DNA of 64,000 bases from Octopus vulgaris (Eukaryota), in NCBI GenBank assembly GCA_951406725.2, contig OX597823.1, positions 38,502,001 to 38,566,000 of the forward strand. Reading direction: 5' to 3'. This document shows positions 26,901-39,897 of the stretch, one piece after another (within the stretch, counting starts at the first letter, position 1; each line of letters opens with the position of its first letter). The notes under the pieces were generated by a model, which ran no database searches, was not told where the DNA came from, and saw only the letters and a list, made by a program, of their open reading frames with translations. A program made the position numbers and the translations under genes.

Positions 26901-28084
26901 TTCTACTAATCAAGCTAGGCCATACACATATATATCATCATCATCATCATTTAGCATCTGTTTTCCCAGCAGGCATGAGTTAGATGGTTTGAATGGAACT
27001 GGTAAACTGGAGAGCTGTGCCAAGCTCCAGTCTGATTTTGTCTTGGTTTCTACAGCTGGATGCCCTTCTAATGTCAACCACTCCAAAATTGTAGTGGGTG
27101 CTTTTTACATGTCACCAGCACAGGTGCCTTTTGGGAGTCACCATCACAGGTGCTTTTATGTGTTACTGGCACTGTCTACAACTACAATTTCGACTGACGG
27201 GTCTTCTCAAGCACAGCAAACCGCCAAAGGTGTCGATCATTTGTCATCACCTCTGTGAGATCCAACATCTGAAGATCATACTTCACCACCTTATCCCATA
27301 TGAGAGAGAGAGGGAGAGAGAGAGAGAGACAGATAGATGTGGCTTTGTGTCTATGTTTGTCTCCCCGTCCCATTGCTTGACAACCTATGTTGGTCTGTTG
27401 ACATTCCTATAATTTAGCAATTCAACAAAAGAGACCGATAGACTATGTACTAGACTTAAGAAACACCTAGGTACTGGAGTTGATTTGTTTGATTAAAAAC
27501 TTTCAAGGTGGTGTCCAGTAAAATCACAGTCCAATGACAAATGAGTGGGAAAAAGAAGTTACTTGACTGATCTGTTGCCGTGTGGTGCCACTTCTAGCTT
27601 TACCCAGTACTCGTCAGTAAAAGTGATAGGAAGCAATGTATGGAACATTATGGTTCCAACAAATTAGGGAACAAACCATCAGCAGTTAATAGATAATATC
27701 TATATCTAGACTGAAAAGAAAGTGAAGCCTTTTTTTTCTGCCCTGGCCTTTAAGTATCATTTTCTGAACCTAAAAATAATATACCATTGGTATCTTGATA
27801 AACAGAGCTGTGGTAATATAAATGTCCGTCATGACTACATACGCACACAAATATATATAATATAATCCCTATTATAATGCAGTAAACTATATGTTAGTGT
27901 ATGGATGTATGTATGACTATATAGATATATCTGTGTAACCAAACTTCCACTGAGAAGCAATTAGTTAACTCAGTCTTTCCACTCAACACCAACCAGTTCT
28001 TATTGTGTCTCTCTGCCCCTACCTCTCTCTATGTAACTTATACAACATGTAAGTTAATTAAAATAAATATTAGTCTGATATCTA

Positions 28085-29222
28085 TTAGGCTGAGTAAAAA
28101 GTAAGCAACATTTTGAAATATGAAATTCATCAATATATTTCGACAATGCAACACATTTTTGCCAATAAAATAAAGTTTGTTTATTCCGGCAACATAAAAG
28201 TCTGGAGTTCTGAAGCTGATGAACACTTTGAGCGTACTTTCAGCATTGGTTTGATTTTTTTTTTTTACTTCCTCTTGCAGGAAACCATCAAGGTGCTTGA
28301 AAAAGTGGTAGTTGGTAGGAGAAAGGTCTGGGGAATAAGCTGGGTGGGGAAGAACTTTGTAGCCAAGTTTTCTCAACTTCTGGAGCATCATTAATGAAAT
28401 GTGTGGTCAGGCATTGTTATGAAGAATGACTGGCCCTCTTCTGTTGACCAGTCTGGGTTGGAAAAGTAGCAGTTTTTCGTTCATTTTAGCAATTTCGAGG
28501 CAATATGTTTCCGCAGAAATGGTTTTTCTGGGTTTTAAGAAGTTATAGTGGATGAGTCCAGCAGTACACCACCAAACAGTCACCTTAACCTTCTTTATGA
28601 AGAGCTCAGGTTTAGGGAAGGTTTTTGGTGCTTCATTTTGGTCCAACTACTGCGAAGAATGTTTTTATTATTGTGCAGAATTCACTTTTCATAGCAGGTT
28701 ACAATATATTTGAGAAATGGATTGGTCTGTGTATTTTCTGATTTTCATTCAAATCATGTGGTACCCATTTGCCAAGCTTTTTTGATTTTTTGATCACATG
28801 CAAATGATTGCAGGCAGTTTTCTGGCTAACTTGAAGTTCTTTTGCCAGTTCTCGAGTAGTTTTATGTGGATCTTTCTCAATGATGGTCTTTAACTGATCA
28901 TCATCGATGACAGATGGGTGTCCACTATTCTCATGATTTCCACTGTGAAATCATTTAAACCATTTTTGAGCTAACCACTCACTGGTCATTTCCTCACCAA
29001 ATGTTTTGTTGATATTGTAAGCAGTTTCAGCTGCTTTATGTCCTTTTTTGAAGCTGAATAACAAAATTGCTTGTTCATTTATTGATGTATTTGGGCAAAT
29101 CTATGTCTGTATTATCAGACTATTACAAAAAAAAAAATGTTTAAAAAAAATGAAAAACTCTGCAAAAATCCAGTACAAATTCTTCATGGTTCAAAACGTT
29201 GCTTACGTTTTACTCAACTCGA
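28085..29222 (-). mobile_element. Full-span degenerate mariner transposon
   Basis: TIRs TTAGGCTGAGTAAAAAGTAAGCAACATTTTGAA and TTCAAAACGTTGCTTACGTTTTACTCAACTCGA, each flanked by TA; motifs KKVKVTVWW, ILHNNA, HPAYSPDLSPTNY. Confidence 0.9.
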
Positions 29223-30529
29223 TATGTTATCAGTATCTATTTCTCAAACTTCTAAGTTACTGAACAGAGAGGGATGCAACAAACATACTTGACAGGAAGA
29301 CATAAACACATACAAAGGCTTGGCTGTAAGGATATGAAGTTTTGCTTTGTAACTACATGGTTTTGGGTTCGTTCCTATGGTGTGATACCATGGGCAGGTT
29401 TCTCCTTCTATGGTCTCAGAGTGATATTGCCATGAGTGTAGAACTAACTGGTAGACAAAATAGTAAGAGGCCTGTAATGCATGTGTGAGTGTGTGTGTGT
29501 GGTGTATGAGTGTATGCTTGTATCTCCCCCTTGTCTTAACATTGTTTGCCCACTAACTAAAAACAAGGTCACAGCCTATAGAAGTAATGTCATTGCTTAT
29601 ACAAACTACCTACACAAATGGTGCCATTGGTTACAATCTGCCATGTTCAAAGGAGTTGGGGAAATATTTCCTGGAAAAAGGAAGAGCATCAAACCATTGA
29701 AAATTTGCTTCCTCAATGTCCATTTAACCCATGCCAACATGGAAAAGTAGATTATAAAATGGTAATGATGATAATGTGTGCCATCATCATTTAATGGCCA
29801 TATGTGTATTTGGTGGGGTTTTTTTTGTGGGGTCTCCAAGTAATTTGCAAGGCAAAAACTCCTTGTCTGAGTGGGGTGCAGTATTGAGGAAGGTGGCATT
29901 GTGTCAGGTGTTGATGGAAGAACAATAAAGCATGATAGAGGGACAGGAATACATGTCTTGTTGTGGAGGTGATACATAGCTACTTTAGCAGAAAATGGAG
30001 AAATGCTGGTGGAGATGAGTTGTCTGAGTATAACCTCAAAGTACAAGGAGATGGATAAATGGAGAACTGGGAATGGATGTGTGGAAAGTTTTGTGAGAGT
30101 GTAAAAGAAGAGTGATAGAAGAGAATAGAAGTGAATCAGTGAATGGTAAATACGGCTGGAGTCATGATTATGATGGAATTCAATACAGTTTCCATCAGTA
30201 CTCATAAGGCATTAATGAACCCAAGGTTAGAGTAGAAGACACTAAATTGCTATATTGTAGGCTTGAACCCAAGACCACATGGTTGCAAAGTGACCTTTAT
30301 AGTAACAGTACTATGTATGTATTAAAAATAGCAGCTAAATAGTCACCTCATATCTTAATAATGGTTTTTAAGCTAGTGCCAGTATATGCTAGGTTCATAT
30401 TTCAGTATTAATATTTGTCTAATTTTAGATAGAATATCTCCTCAATAATAGCTCAGCTTAACTACAAATTTATCTAACCACCATTACTTACATTTCTCTT
30501 ATTATAACTAGAAACTAATTAAATATTGG

Positions 30530-30745
30530 TTTCAAATTTTTGGCACAAAGCCAACAATTTGGGGAAAGGATTAAGTCAACTACATTGATCCCGATGTTCA
30601 ACTAGTACTTATTTTATCAACCTCAAAAGGACAAAAGACAAAGTCAACTTTGGCAGAATTTGAACTCAGAACATAAAGATGGACAAAATGCGGCTATGTA
30701 TTTTGCTTGGTGTGCTTATGATTTTGCCAGCTCACCACCTTAAAA
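30530..30745 (-). mobile_element. SINE of the GAGCTGGCAGAAT-head family
   Basis: Same head/body as copies at about 8845 (+), 15575 (-), 35712 (+), 39671 (+) and 47115 (-); B-box-like GAGTTCAAATTC. Confidence 0.65.
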
Positions 30746-31849
30746 ACTAATCAAACATTGATTATGTATTTATCATTTTTTAACTTTAAGATTTATGGTG
30801 TTTCACTTGTTCAGATTAGTTGAATACTTTTCTGGTGGAGACTGTCATCTTTGAGTCTAGAAATATTTCTCTATCAAATGTTATTAGGAAATATAAAAAT
30901 TATCAAATGAACTATCAGAAATCTATTCACAGGAAGAAAAGTTTTAATTAATAAATATTATAATGTGCTGACTTTCAGATCTTTTATTATTTTCTGGTAG
31001 AATGTAAGATCATTGTCATACTCTACTATTATCAGAAATGAAATAATTCATTCCCTAATACGTGTTTGTGTATGTGTGTGTAATATGATAGTTCATCTGT
31101 CAAATTTGACAATGACCTAGATGCTGCTATAGGCAGATGCTAGACCAATACAAGATTTTCCATATTCCAAGAAACAGCCAAGTGAACATCAGATTCACTT
31201 TGTCATTCTTCTTAATATATCCTGAGTCAAGATAATGTCAAGACAACCAAATGCAAATGATTGCCAAATGGCTAAAGAAATTTTCAGATCTCGCAGTACC
31301 ATTTCTCTTCATGTATCTCCCAGGCCATAAATCATCATACCAGATGTTTATCTTGCTTCTAATCCCTGAAGAACAGTATGTTGCCCATATTGCCCCTGTT
31401 GACCTGCTGCTACCTACTTCAAAGGTCTGAAGATAAAGATTACTTATTTCTTTCATACCCTATTTAAATGAAATGTAAACATGCTCACTAACCATATGTT
31501 CACACATGTATCTATGCATGTATGCATGTACATCCTCACTACTGGATGCCTGTTGATTCCCCTGGTTTTCATAACAAAGGTTGTCCAAAATAAACCCCAC
31601 CACAAGGATATTGAAGCAACGCTCTTCAATATCCTATTGAAAACCTTGAGATTTACATGGAGTGAATGTGGTTGCCTTCAAGATACACCTGGACACTCCA
31701 CTATCTGAAATCTCAGATGATACTATATTACAACAGGAAACAAATAAGGGTTGCATTATCAAACTCTTTTATTCATCAAAGGCTGGTGCAATAACTGCAA
31801 TATTGGCACTTCAGCATGCCCACCACCACCACCACTACATAAACACACG

Positions 31850-31884
<35 letters not shown>

Positions 31885-31887
<3 letters not shown>

Positions 31888-32310
31888 GAGGGTATTCTGA
31901 TTAAATTTGACAGTTTACATAAAAGAAACAGAGAACAATATCCCATTCAAAAATAAAGTATTTTAAGATATCAGAAAATATTAGCTAGATTGTGGTTGGG
32001 AGATAACAATTTACTCAAAGTAGCCACCCTCAGCTTCCATGCATTCCTCACTGTGTCCCTGGGAAGATCTTCAAATACCTCCTTGATCTCACCCTTAGTG
32101 TTGCAGATAGAACAGTGGGTGTCTTTTTCAACTGCACTCCACATATAGTAACCCATGAGATTATAATTGGGGTAAATAGGAGGCCAGAAATTGGAACGGG
32201 TGAAGTCATAGAAATTCTACAACCACTTCTGATTCTTTCTGGATGTATGACAAGAAACCAAATCCTGCTGCTACACATATGACCTTTCCTTCAGCAACCC
32301 TCTCTAGCTA
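31885..32310 (-). mobile_element. Tc1/maT-like transposase C-terminal fragment
   Basis: Broken frames read FWPP..P.YNLMGYYMWSAVEKDT, resembling the WPPxSPDxNPxDYxxW third-catalytic-residue motif. Confidence 0.65.
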
Positions 32311-32390
32311 GGCTTTGACCAGAGAGAGGAGAGAGAGAGATATGTGTGGTAGATAGATAGATATTTTAATCAACAGAAATAACAAACTTA

Positions 32391-32463
32391 CTCAGAGACC
32401 GAGAGCTTTGTGTATTGGCACTTATCAAACATTTACCAATGTGCAAAGCTCTCAGCTCTTGAG
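32391..32463 (+). ncRNA. Candidate intronic pre-miRNA hairpin
   Basis: 32401-32418 pairs with 32436-32453 over 18 contiguous bp (three G:U), 17-nt loop, plus a lower stem CTCAGAG/CTCTTGAG; not part of a repeat I recognise. Confidence 0.5.
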
Positions 32464-35400
32464 CCACTTTGTAATGTCTGCTGATAAGCATCATGGTGAA
32501 AAATGTTAAGAAATGTTTTAAGGGAAATTTTCTTAATGCTTTTATCTTTTTGTTTTTTCTTGTATTTCCTCACAGCATAGTCAAGTTTTATGGGGCTGAA
32601 CAATTGCCAAATCATGCACATGTACACAAAACAAGCCTCTCGTAATACTGCATTTTTCAAGCATGAAACTTGAAGTAGCACATATTCAGTAGCTCTGTAT
32701 TCATATAAGGATATTTTACTCTTGGTGAATTGAGTACTTTGTTGCTGTCCAATCATCAAGTGTGCAGTGCACTGTGTATGTGTGTGTGCATGTGTTATGT
32801 ATATATACAGATAGATAGATATTACATATATGTATGTGTGAATACATTTCTATTTGATTTGTGCTATTGCTTAAATATCATAGTCACATAAACCTCGAGT
32901 TGTGGAGTGTATGAATAGTGTATGTGTATTTAATTTTTATTGAAAATTCATACTTATATTTTATATAGCATATTGTACATTTCTATCAAATATCTTGAAT
33001 GTAATGTTTTATTATTATCATTATTGTTAGTATTATTCTATGTTAGGATCTAATTTTAAGATGGAGATGTATTTTGCAAAGTGTTTTTTATTTATTTATT
33101 TTTTTTAAATAGCTCTCAATGAAATTTCATAGTTGCATTTATTTTCTCTTTGAAGATATTTGCAACTGTTTTCAATGCCATTCAGCATTGACTGCTCAGC
33201 ATCTTATAGCATTGTTTTGTTTTGTATTTGTTTTTGATGTCTCTATGGGTTAGCTCAGTCTACTTGGTCACAATTAGTCCTAACATGGTCATAACTATTC
33301 AATTATTTGATAATTTAATAACCACAGTCTGCTTACATGAAGCAAATCTTATGGATGGATACCATCTCTCATGCAAACTATGGTAAGTGAAAAACATGAA
33401 TATATTAACATATAGTACTTTTTTCTATTACATGTTTAACAGTGCTTCTTTTAAGAGCATACTGCTATGGATATCTTACTTTAGACCCATGGCACAGGCA
33501 TGTTTAGTTTAAAATAATATATTTATTTAAAAATTAATATCACTCTTTGTCTTTCAAAAAATTACATGCCATACATTTAAGATGAAGATAGTTTAAAAAG
33601 CTACATTAAACCAAGTTTCACTGGTGCCAAATGATGTTTACTCTACTTCCATTGGTGAAAGTGCTCACATTTTATTTATTTTCTTCTTTGTGAATATTTC
33701 TACAATCATATTTGTGAAATAGATAATACTTGGTTTAGTAAGAATTTCTTTCTACATTATTAAATCCAGAAATGTGTGTTTTAAATACATTGGTTTCTAA
33801 ATTAATTATTTTAGAACACACTCTACTCTGTCCAACTCCACACTAGTCTCTTAAGTAGTTGCTAAACATACAGAGAATTACAATGTAAAATGTTATAGTT
33901 GATAAACATTACATTAGATTTCTGATAACTTTTAACTCTATTTTCTTCTATGGTATCTCTCTCTATTATAAATATATTTTTTCTTACTTTCTATCAAATA
34001 CTATCCCATCTCTGTTATCATTTGTATCAGGGTTTAGCAATTATTTTAAATGTAGATAAATAACTATTTACTTTAAATTAACTGACATAAAGCTTTAAAA
34101 TAAGTTGTGGTCATGTGTATGAATATTTATTCAAAAAAGTAGCAAATATTAATTGCTACCACTGCTTTTGATGAGAATAAGCATTGTTTAAAAATTTCTG
34201 TAGTTTGTACTATTTGGTAAATATGTGCCCCAATAGCCTGAAGTGATGCATACAAATATTATATAATCACTTATAAGTTGTAAAGATTGTGTGCTCCTTT
34301 TTCAATCTATGTCTTAAATTCTTAAACTCTTATAATCATTCATTGAAAAATCAATAACCCTAATTTTTTTCAACTAAAAAACAACAAAATACTCTGAAAT
34401 AGCTATGGACTTGCAGTACAACATATTTGTAAGATTGAAAATTTTACCACAAATGGTTTGTACTTATGATAATTACCAAACCATTATTTAGATTTAATTT
34501 ATCAACCATCATAGAAGGCTGTTGGGGTAAAACCTTATAGACTGAATGATGGTTTTCACACTGGACATTTTACCTGCATTCATTTTTTTTTCTTCTTCCC
34601 AAGTGCATCTTAGGACAATGTTATCCTTGCTCTCTCTGGAAGGTAGGTGGAAGCCTAGGAATCTGAAGTTCCAACTTATCAGCTCCACTAACTTTAATTT
34701 GGCCACAAGTACATTGCTCTTCTGTGTTTAATCCCAGAAGTCTTGCCACACTTAAAAATGATAAAAGCTACTCTTAAAGTGGATACATTTTAATTCTCTT
34801 CAGGGAACACAGCAAATATATTTTCCTGTGTGCATTACAACCAATTGTAAATATATTCAGCTGTCTTTCACTTGAAGTAAATGTTTACTGAATTCCCTAA
34901 ACTTTAGGCCAACCTAATGTTGTAATTTTCCTAGTTCTTTCCAAATTATTAAATGAACAACATTTATAGAACTAGACCAATTGACTTTGCATAGAATAAA
35001 CATCCAAACTACTATAGCGTAAAGAAACTATTCAAATATACGTTTTGTTTAATAATTGTTGGGGATCATGTCCATTATCCTATTTTTCTAAACAATATCT
35101 TTCTCTGTGAAAGCAAATATATCTTGTAATAACACACACACACACACATGCACACACACACACACACACACACATTCACACACACCTGCTTGCTTTGTGT
35201 ATTTTTGTTAGTAAAACTATTTACAATGTTTGTTTCCATTTGTTGCCATTAAGCTAAGACAAATGTAACTCTCTCATATAACCATTAAAGTATTATTTTG
35301 TTTTGTTTATAAATTATACTTTTAATAACATTTAGTGTTTGTTATAGGAAGTTGTCCAAAATATTTATTGTAAGAGTCTAGACCTTGATTACTCCCCAAG

Positions 35401-35669
35401 TACCTCATTGATAGAATGTTGAGTGATATCAGAAGCTATTCGCCTACCTATTATATACTTATAGAATTGGAAACTGACATACCTGTACTGCTTATAAGAA
35501 TTGGCAGAGTTTGTTCTGGTTGGATTGCCTTTTTAGTTCCAACCATTACCAAAATGGCTATTCTTATGTTGATCAGTGTTTGTAATTATCTCTGCTAATG
35601 ACAGTTCATTGTTCATTTCTTCTAACTTCAAATTTTTTAAATTCAATAATAATAATAATAATAATAATA

Positions 35670-35701
<32 letters not shown>

Positions 35702-35958
35702 GAAGAAGAATGTGAGCTGACAGAATTGTTAAAGGATTGTGGGGCAAAATGCTATGCAGCATTTCTTTCAGCGCTTTATGTTCTGAATTCTAATGCTGCC
35801 AAGATCGTCTTTGCTTGTCATCTTTTTTTTCCGAGGGAAGGGGGCAGGGCAATAAAATAAGTACCTGTTGAGCACTGGGTTAATTTAATTAACTTCCCTC
35901 TTCTCTCAAAACTGTAGGTTTGGGGCCAAAATTAGAAAGTGCTGTTGTTATTATTATT

Positions 35959-36182
35959 TTCATATAGACACAACAGATTAGACTGTTGGAAAAGAAAACA
36001 AATGTTAGCATTGGGCTACAACAAGTAACCTTAGATGCCAAGAACCCTCTTGAGTATCCTAGCTGTCCCTAATAACACTATTCTGGAGCTATACTAAACT
36101 GAGATTTATGCCTATTTCTTCTATCCATTCTTTCAAATCTTCAGGGATAGTTCCTAATGCACCTATAACTACTGGGATACAT
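35959..36182 (-). mobile_element. 3'-terminal remnant of another R4/Dong-like element
   Basis: Minus strand IPVVIGALGTIPEDLKEWIEEIG...VLLGTARILKRVLGI; bounded by (TTA)n. Confidence 0.8.
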
Positions 36183-36304
36183 ATCATTATTATTATTATT
36201 ATTATTCAGTAGTTTTATTTTTATATCGTTCTTTCACTTCACTACTGAGTGCAGCTCTGTGTGCTATTATTATTATTATTATTATTATAATTATTATTAT
36301 TATT

Positions 36305-39300
36305 CCTCCTCTTTCATAACACAGTGCAGGTAAAAATGCACCAGAGTCTTTAGTCATCTGTCAAGTCACAACAAGGACCCCAGAAAGATAATACTTTCCT
36401 TAAGATGTACACTGTGCCCAATAAGGCTGCTTTTTAGCAAGGCATCAATCTTGCATGGAATTTCCAGTTGCCTTAAGAAATTTTGAAGTTTCAATGGGAT
36501 TGAGCTCAGTGCTCCGATCACCACTGGTATCACTTTTACATTACTCTCTCGTATTCCATACAGTCTTGCCATTTCCACTTTCAGTTCAGAGTACTTGGTG
36601 ATTTTTACAACCTCTTTACTCACAACGTTCATGTCATTTGGTATGGCTACATCAATGATCTCTTATTTAATATGACACTAACCGTCTGACGGTGTTCAAT
36701 TACATGATCCATCTGAAAATCATAGCCCCAGAGTATCGTTACTTTTTCTTCCTCCTGCATAACTTTACTTGGTACATGCTCATACCAGTTCTCTGTTACT
36801 TCATATTGGTATTTACAGCATAAGAGCCAATGAAAATGCACACACACCTTATTGTGGTGGCACTTGTGTTCTTTTTGTGCAAGGCTCTCACATCCACTTA
36901 TCAAGTGGGTCACATTTTCCACACTCTTTCCACAGAGTTTGCATTTCTGGGTGTCAGAAGTTTTATAAATGTTATACTTCACTTAATTGGTAGTGAGAGC
37001 CTAGTCTTGTGCAGCAATGATTAGGTTTTCAGTGGTATGTTTCAAATCACCTCACTCAAGCCATGCCCTTGATGCTATATTATCTTTAACGTCTTGTGTC
37101 TTCCTTTCAAACTCTCCATGCATTCTCATTTCAAGGTTTTCTTTCTCTTCTCTTCAGCTCTTTGGTTAAACTCTTCCTTGCTCATCATTTCATCTGCATT
37201 TACACCCACATCTTTCTTGACATATTGCAACAGGTCTTCACTATTTATCAAATACTTGGCAAGCATTCTCCTTTCACTCCTTATACATTGGTCTATACTA
37301 ATTAGTTCTCTGAAACCATTCTTACTTTTCATATACAGACTGTTTATGTTTGCTTTAGTGTGTAGCACCTCATGCACTATCATCAACTTTCTTGTCCTTC
37401 TGTCCAGTGTTGATATTTCCTCCTTAGTCCATTTGAGGATGAACACACTATATCTGACCACTGCAACTGCCTAGATATTCATTGTGGTAATCAAAGTTTT
37501 GGCATTCAGGTTGGATTTCAACACCATCTTCACCCTTTTTTGATACGCCTCGCTGACCTTGACTTCCATTTCTCTGTGTAGAATGTCATCCAGCTCCCAA
37601 ATCCCTAAATATCTTTACCCACTACTGCCAGGTCCACCCATTGTCTCTCCTGATGGTAACCGCAGTCCTCTGCAGGATGCTTTCTTCCCTCTTTTCATAT
37701 TAAATACTTGGTAATCCCAAATTTCATACCGATATCCCTACCATACTTCTGGGCTGTTTTGGTTAAGGAATCTATTTGTTTTTCAGATTTCCCAAACAAT
37801 TTCAGGTCATCCATAATCAGAAGATGATTCAATGATGGGCCTTTCTTCCCACATTGGTGACCCATCTTAACTTTCCTAAGTGTCATTGTTATGGGTATTA
37901 GTGAAATTACAAAAAGTAACGGAGAAAACGAGTCACCTTGGAAGATTCCTCTTTTAATATTAACTTCTCCAAAGAATACATTACTTGAGTACAATTTGGT
38001 TTTCCAGTCTTTCATGCTTTGCATCAAAAAATTTGTGATGTTGTCAGCAACACTAAACATTTGCAGGCATTCCACAATCCAAGAATGAGGCATCATATCA
38101 TATGCCTTCTTAAAGTCAATCCAAGCCATAGATATGTTTGTATGATGTTTTTTTACAATGCTTCAAAACTGTTTTATTGATGATCAGGTGATCCTTGGTA
38201 CCCTGAGAACTCTTCCTACATCCTTTTTGTTCCTTGGTAATATTTATTCCTGTGTCAGGAAAGTATATGTCTTTGCCATACATATTCCAGTGAGTATCTT
38301 CCAGATTATGTTTGGGTATGCTATGAGACGGTAGTTTCCCACAATATTCTCCATTCTTCTCTCTTTCATTACAAGTATTGTCCTCCCAGTCACCATCCAC
38401 GTGGGGACTGTACCTTTCTGGACACACTCATTCATTTGAGCTGCTAGTCTTTCATACACCACGTGGCATCTCTTCAGCCAGAATCCATGAATCCCATCTT
38501 GGTCTGGGGTGGCTTTCCAGTTAGGCGCTTTACCCACTTGTTCTTTCACATCATCAGTGCTTATGACAATATTCCTTTGTTTCTTTCCTCCTTGTAATTC
38601 TGTCTTGATAGTTCCTATCCACATTGCATCCCTTTTATGCACCACATTGTTTCCTCATAATCCGCTCCAGAACTTCTTGGCTTGATTTGCATCAGAAGCA
38701 ACATTTTCCCTATTGTCTCCTTCTAACGTTCGGAAGAATTGCTTTGGGTTATTTTTGAACAATCTGTTCTCCTCAAACTACTTCTTTCTGTTCACAAATC
38801 TTCTGATCAGGCTTTTTGCCATGATCTACTATTTTAACTGCTCTATTACTGCATCAAACCCGTTCTTCCGTATTTTATTTTTCTTTAATTTTTCTTGGTT
38901 GGTTTTTTTCCTATTTTTCCAGTTTCCTCTTAACCATTGCTCAATTTTTCCTGGATCTTGCCTTGCTCGCATTATGTCCTTTTCAATGCATTATTTCCAC
39001 CATGGTTCTTTTGCTCCACCATTTTTTGTTCTCTGAAGTTGTAATGTCTCCTCAACAAGTAGCGCAATAGCCCGGAGAAGATTCCTTGTTTATGTTATGT
39101 CCTCCGTCTGGATGTATGGTATGACAGTATTTATCTTTTGTGTTACTTTATTTATCATACTCCTATCTATCCTTCTCATATTCATGGGGATTTTTTCTTC
39201 TGAAGCATTCATCAAATCAGTGTGTCATCTTTGAATTTCAAGCAATTCATTATCTAGTTGATTCATTTCCTCTGCATGTCCACCCACCATAGTATCAGGA

Positions 39301-39622
39301 TTCACTGTATAACATTCTTGTTCCTCATCCTTAAAAGCCCCATCACCATTCCCCTGTTCCTCCTGTCTACTCTTCTCCCTGCTTTCAACTCCTACCTTTC
39401 TGTTTGCAACTCCAACCATTCTTTGTAACTCATCCGCAGGATCTCTCAGACACTCACTAATCCAAGACATTTCTATTCCAGTTAAGTAACCCTTCCTCCT
39501 AATTACTCTCAGTTGGTTCATTAGTTTATTTTCTGACATTGAACACATGTCCTTTTCCATCTAAAATTTCAAGGTTCGTCAACTTTTTTCCAGCTTTGCT
39601 ATTGGCGTTGGCGTCAGCATCA
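36305..39622 (-). mobile_element. Near full-length, frameshifted R4/Dong-clade non-LTR retrotransposon
   Basis: PNWKA...DGIHGFWLK, EQKGC...GTKDHL, MAWIDFKKAYD, RGIFQGDSFSPLLF, MDDLKLF, CKLCGKSVENVTHLISGC, IPVVIGAL; long (TTA)n on both sides. Confidence 0.93.
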
Positions 39623-39671
<49 letters not shown>

Positions 39672-39862
39672 GGCAACTGCTGGCAGAATTGTTAGAGTGC
39701 TGTGGCATTTCTTCTGGTTCTTTGTAATCTTAATCCAAATGCCACTGACATAGGCTTTGCCTTTCATCCTTTTGGGCTTCATAAAATAAGTGTTACAGAT
39801 GCTGGTATAATCAGCTCTCCCTCTTCCATTAAAATTGCTGGCATTGTGCTAACAGTTGAAAC

Positions 39863-39897
<35 letters not shown>

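Noticed and set aside
29606-30205. 199-aa minus-strand ORF
   Set aside because: It spans SINE/RTE-tail and purine-biased repeat sequence and has no domain or splice support.
33328-33382. Exon-like segment cag|TCT...TATG|gtaagt
   Set aside because: It is 55 nt, shifts the frame between phase-0 neighbours and has a weak pyrimidine tract; it cannot be supported without transcripts.
35645-35700. (AAT)n(TTA)n perfect hairpin
   Set aside because: Explained by two opposed microsatellite tracts; no evidence of function.
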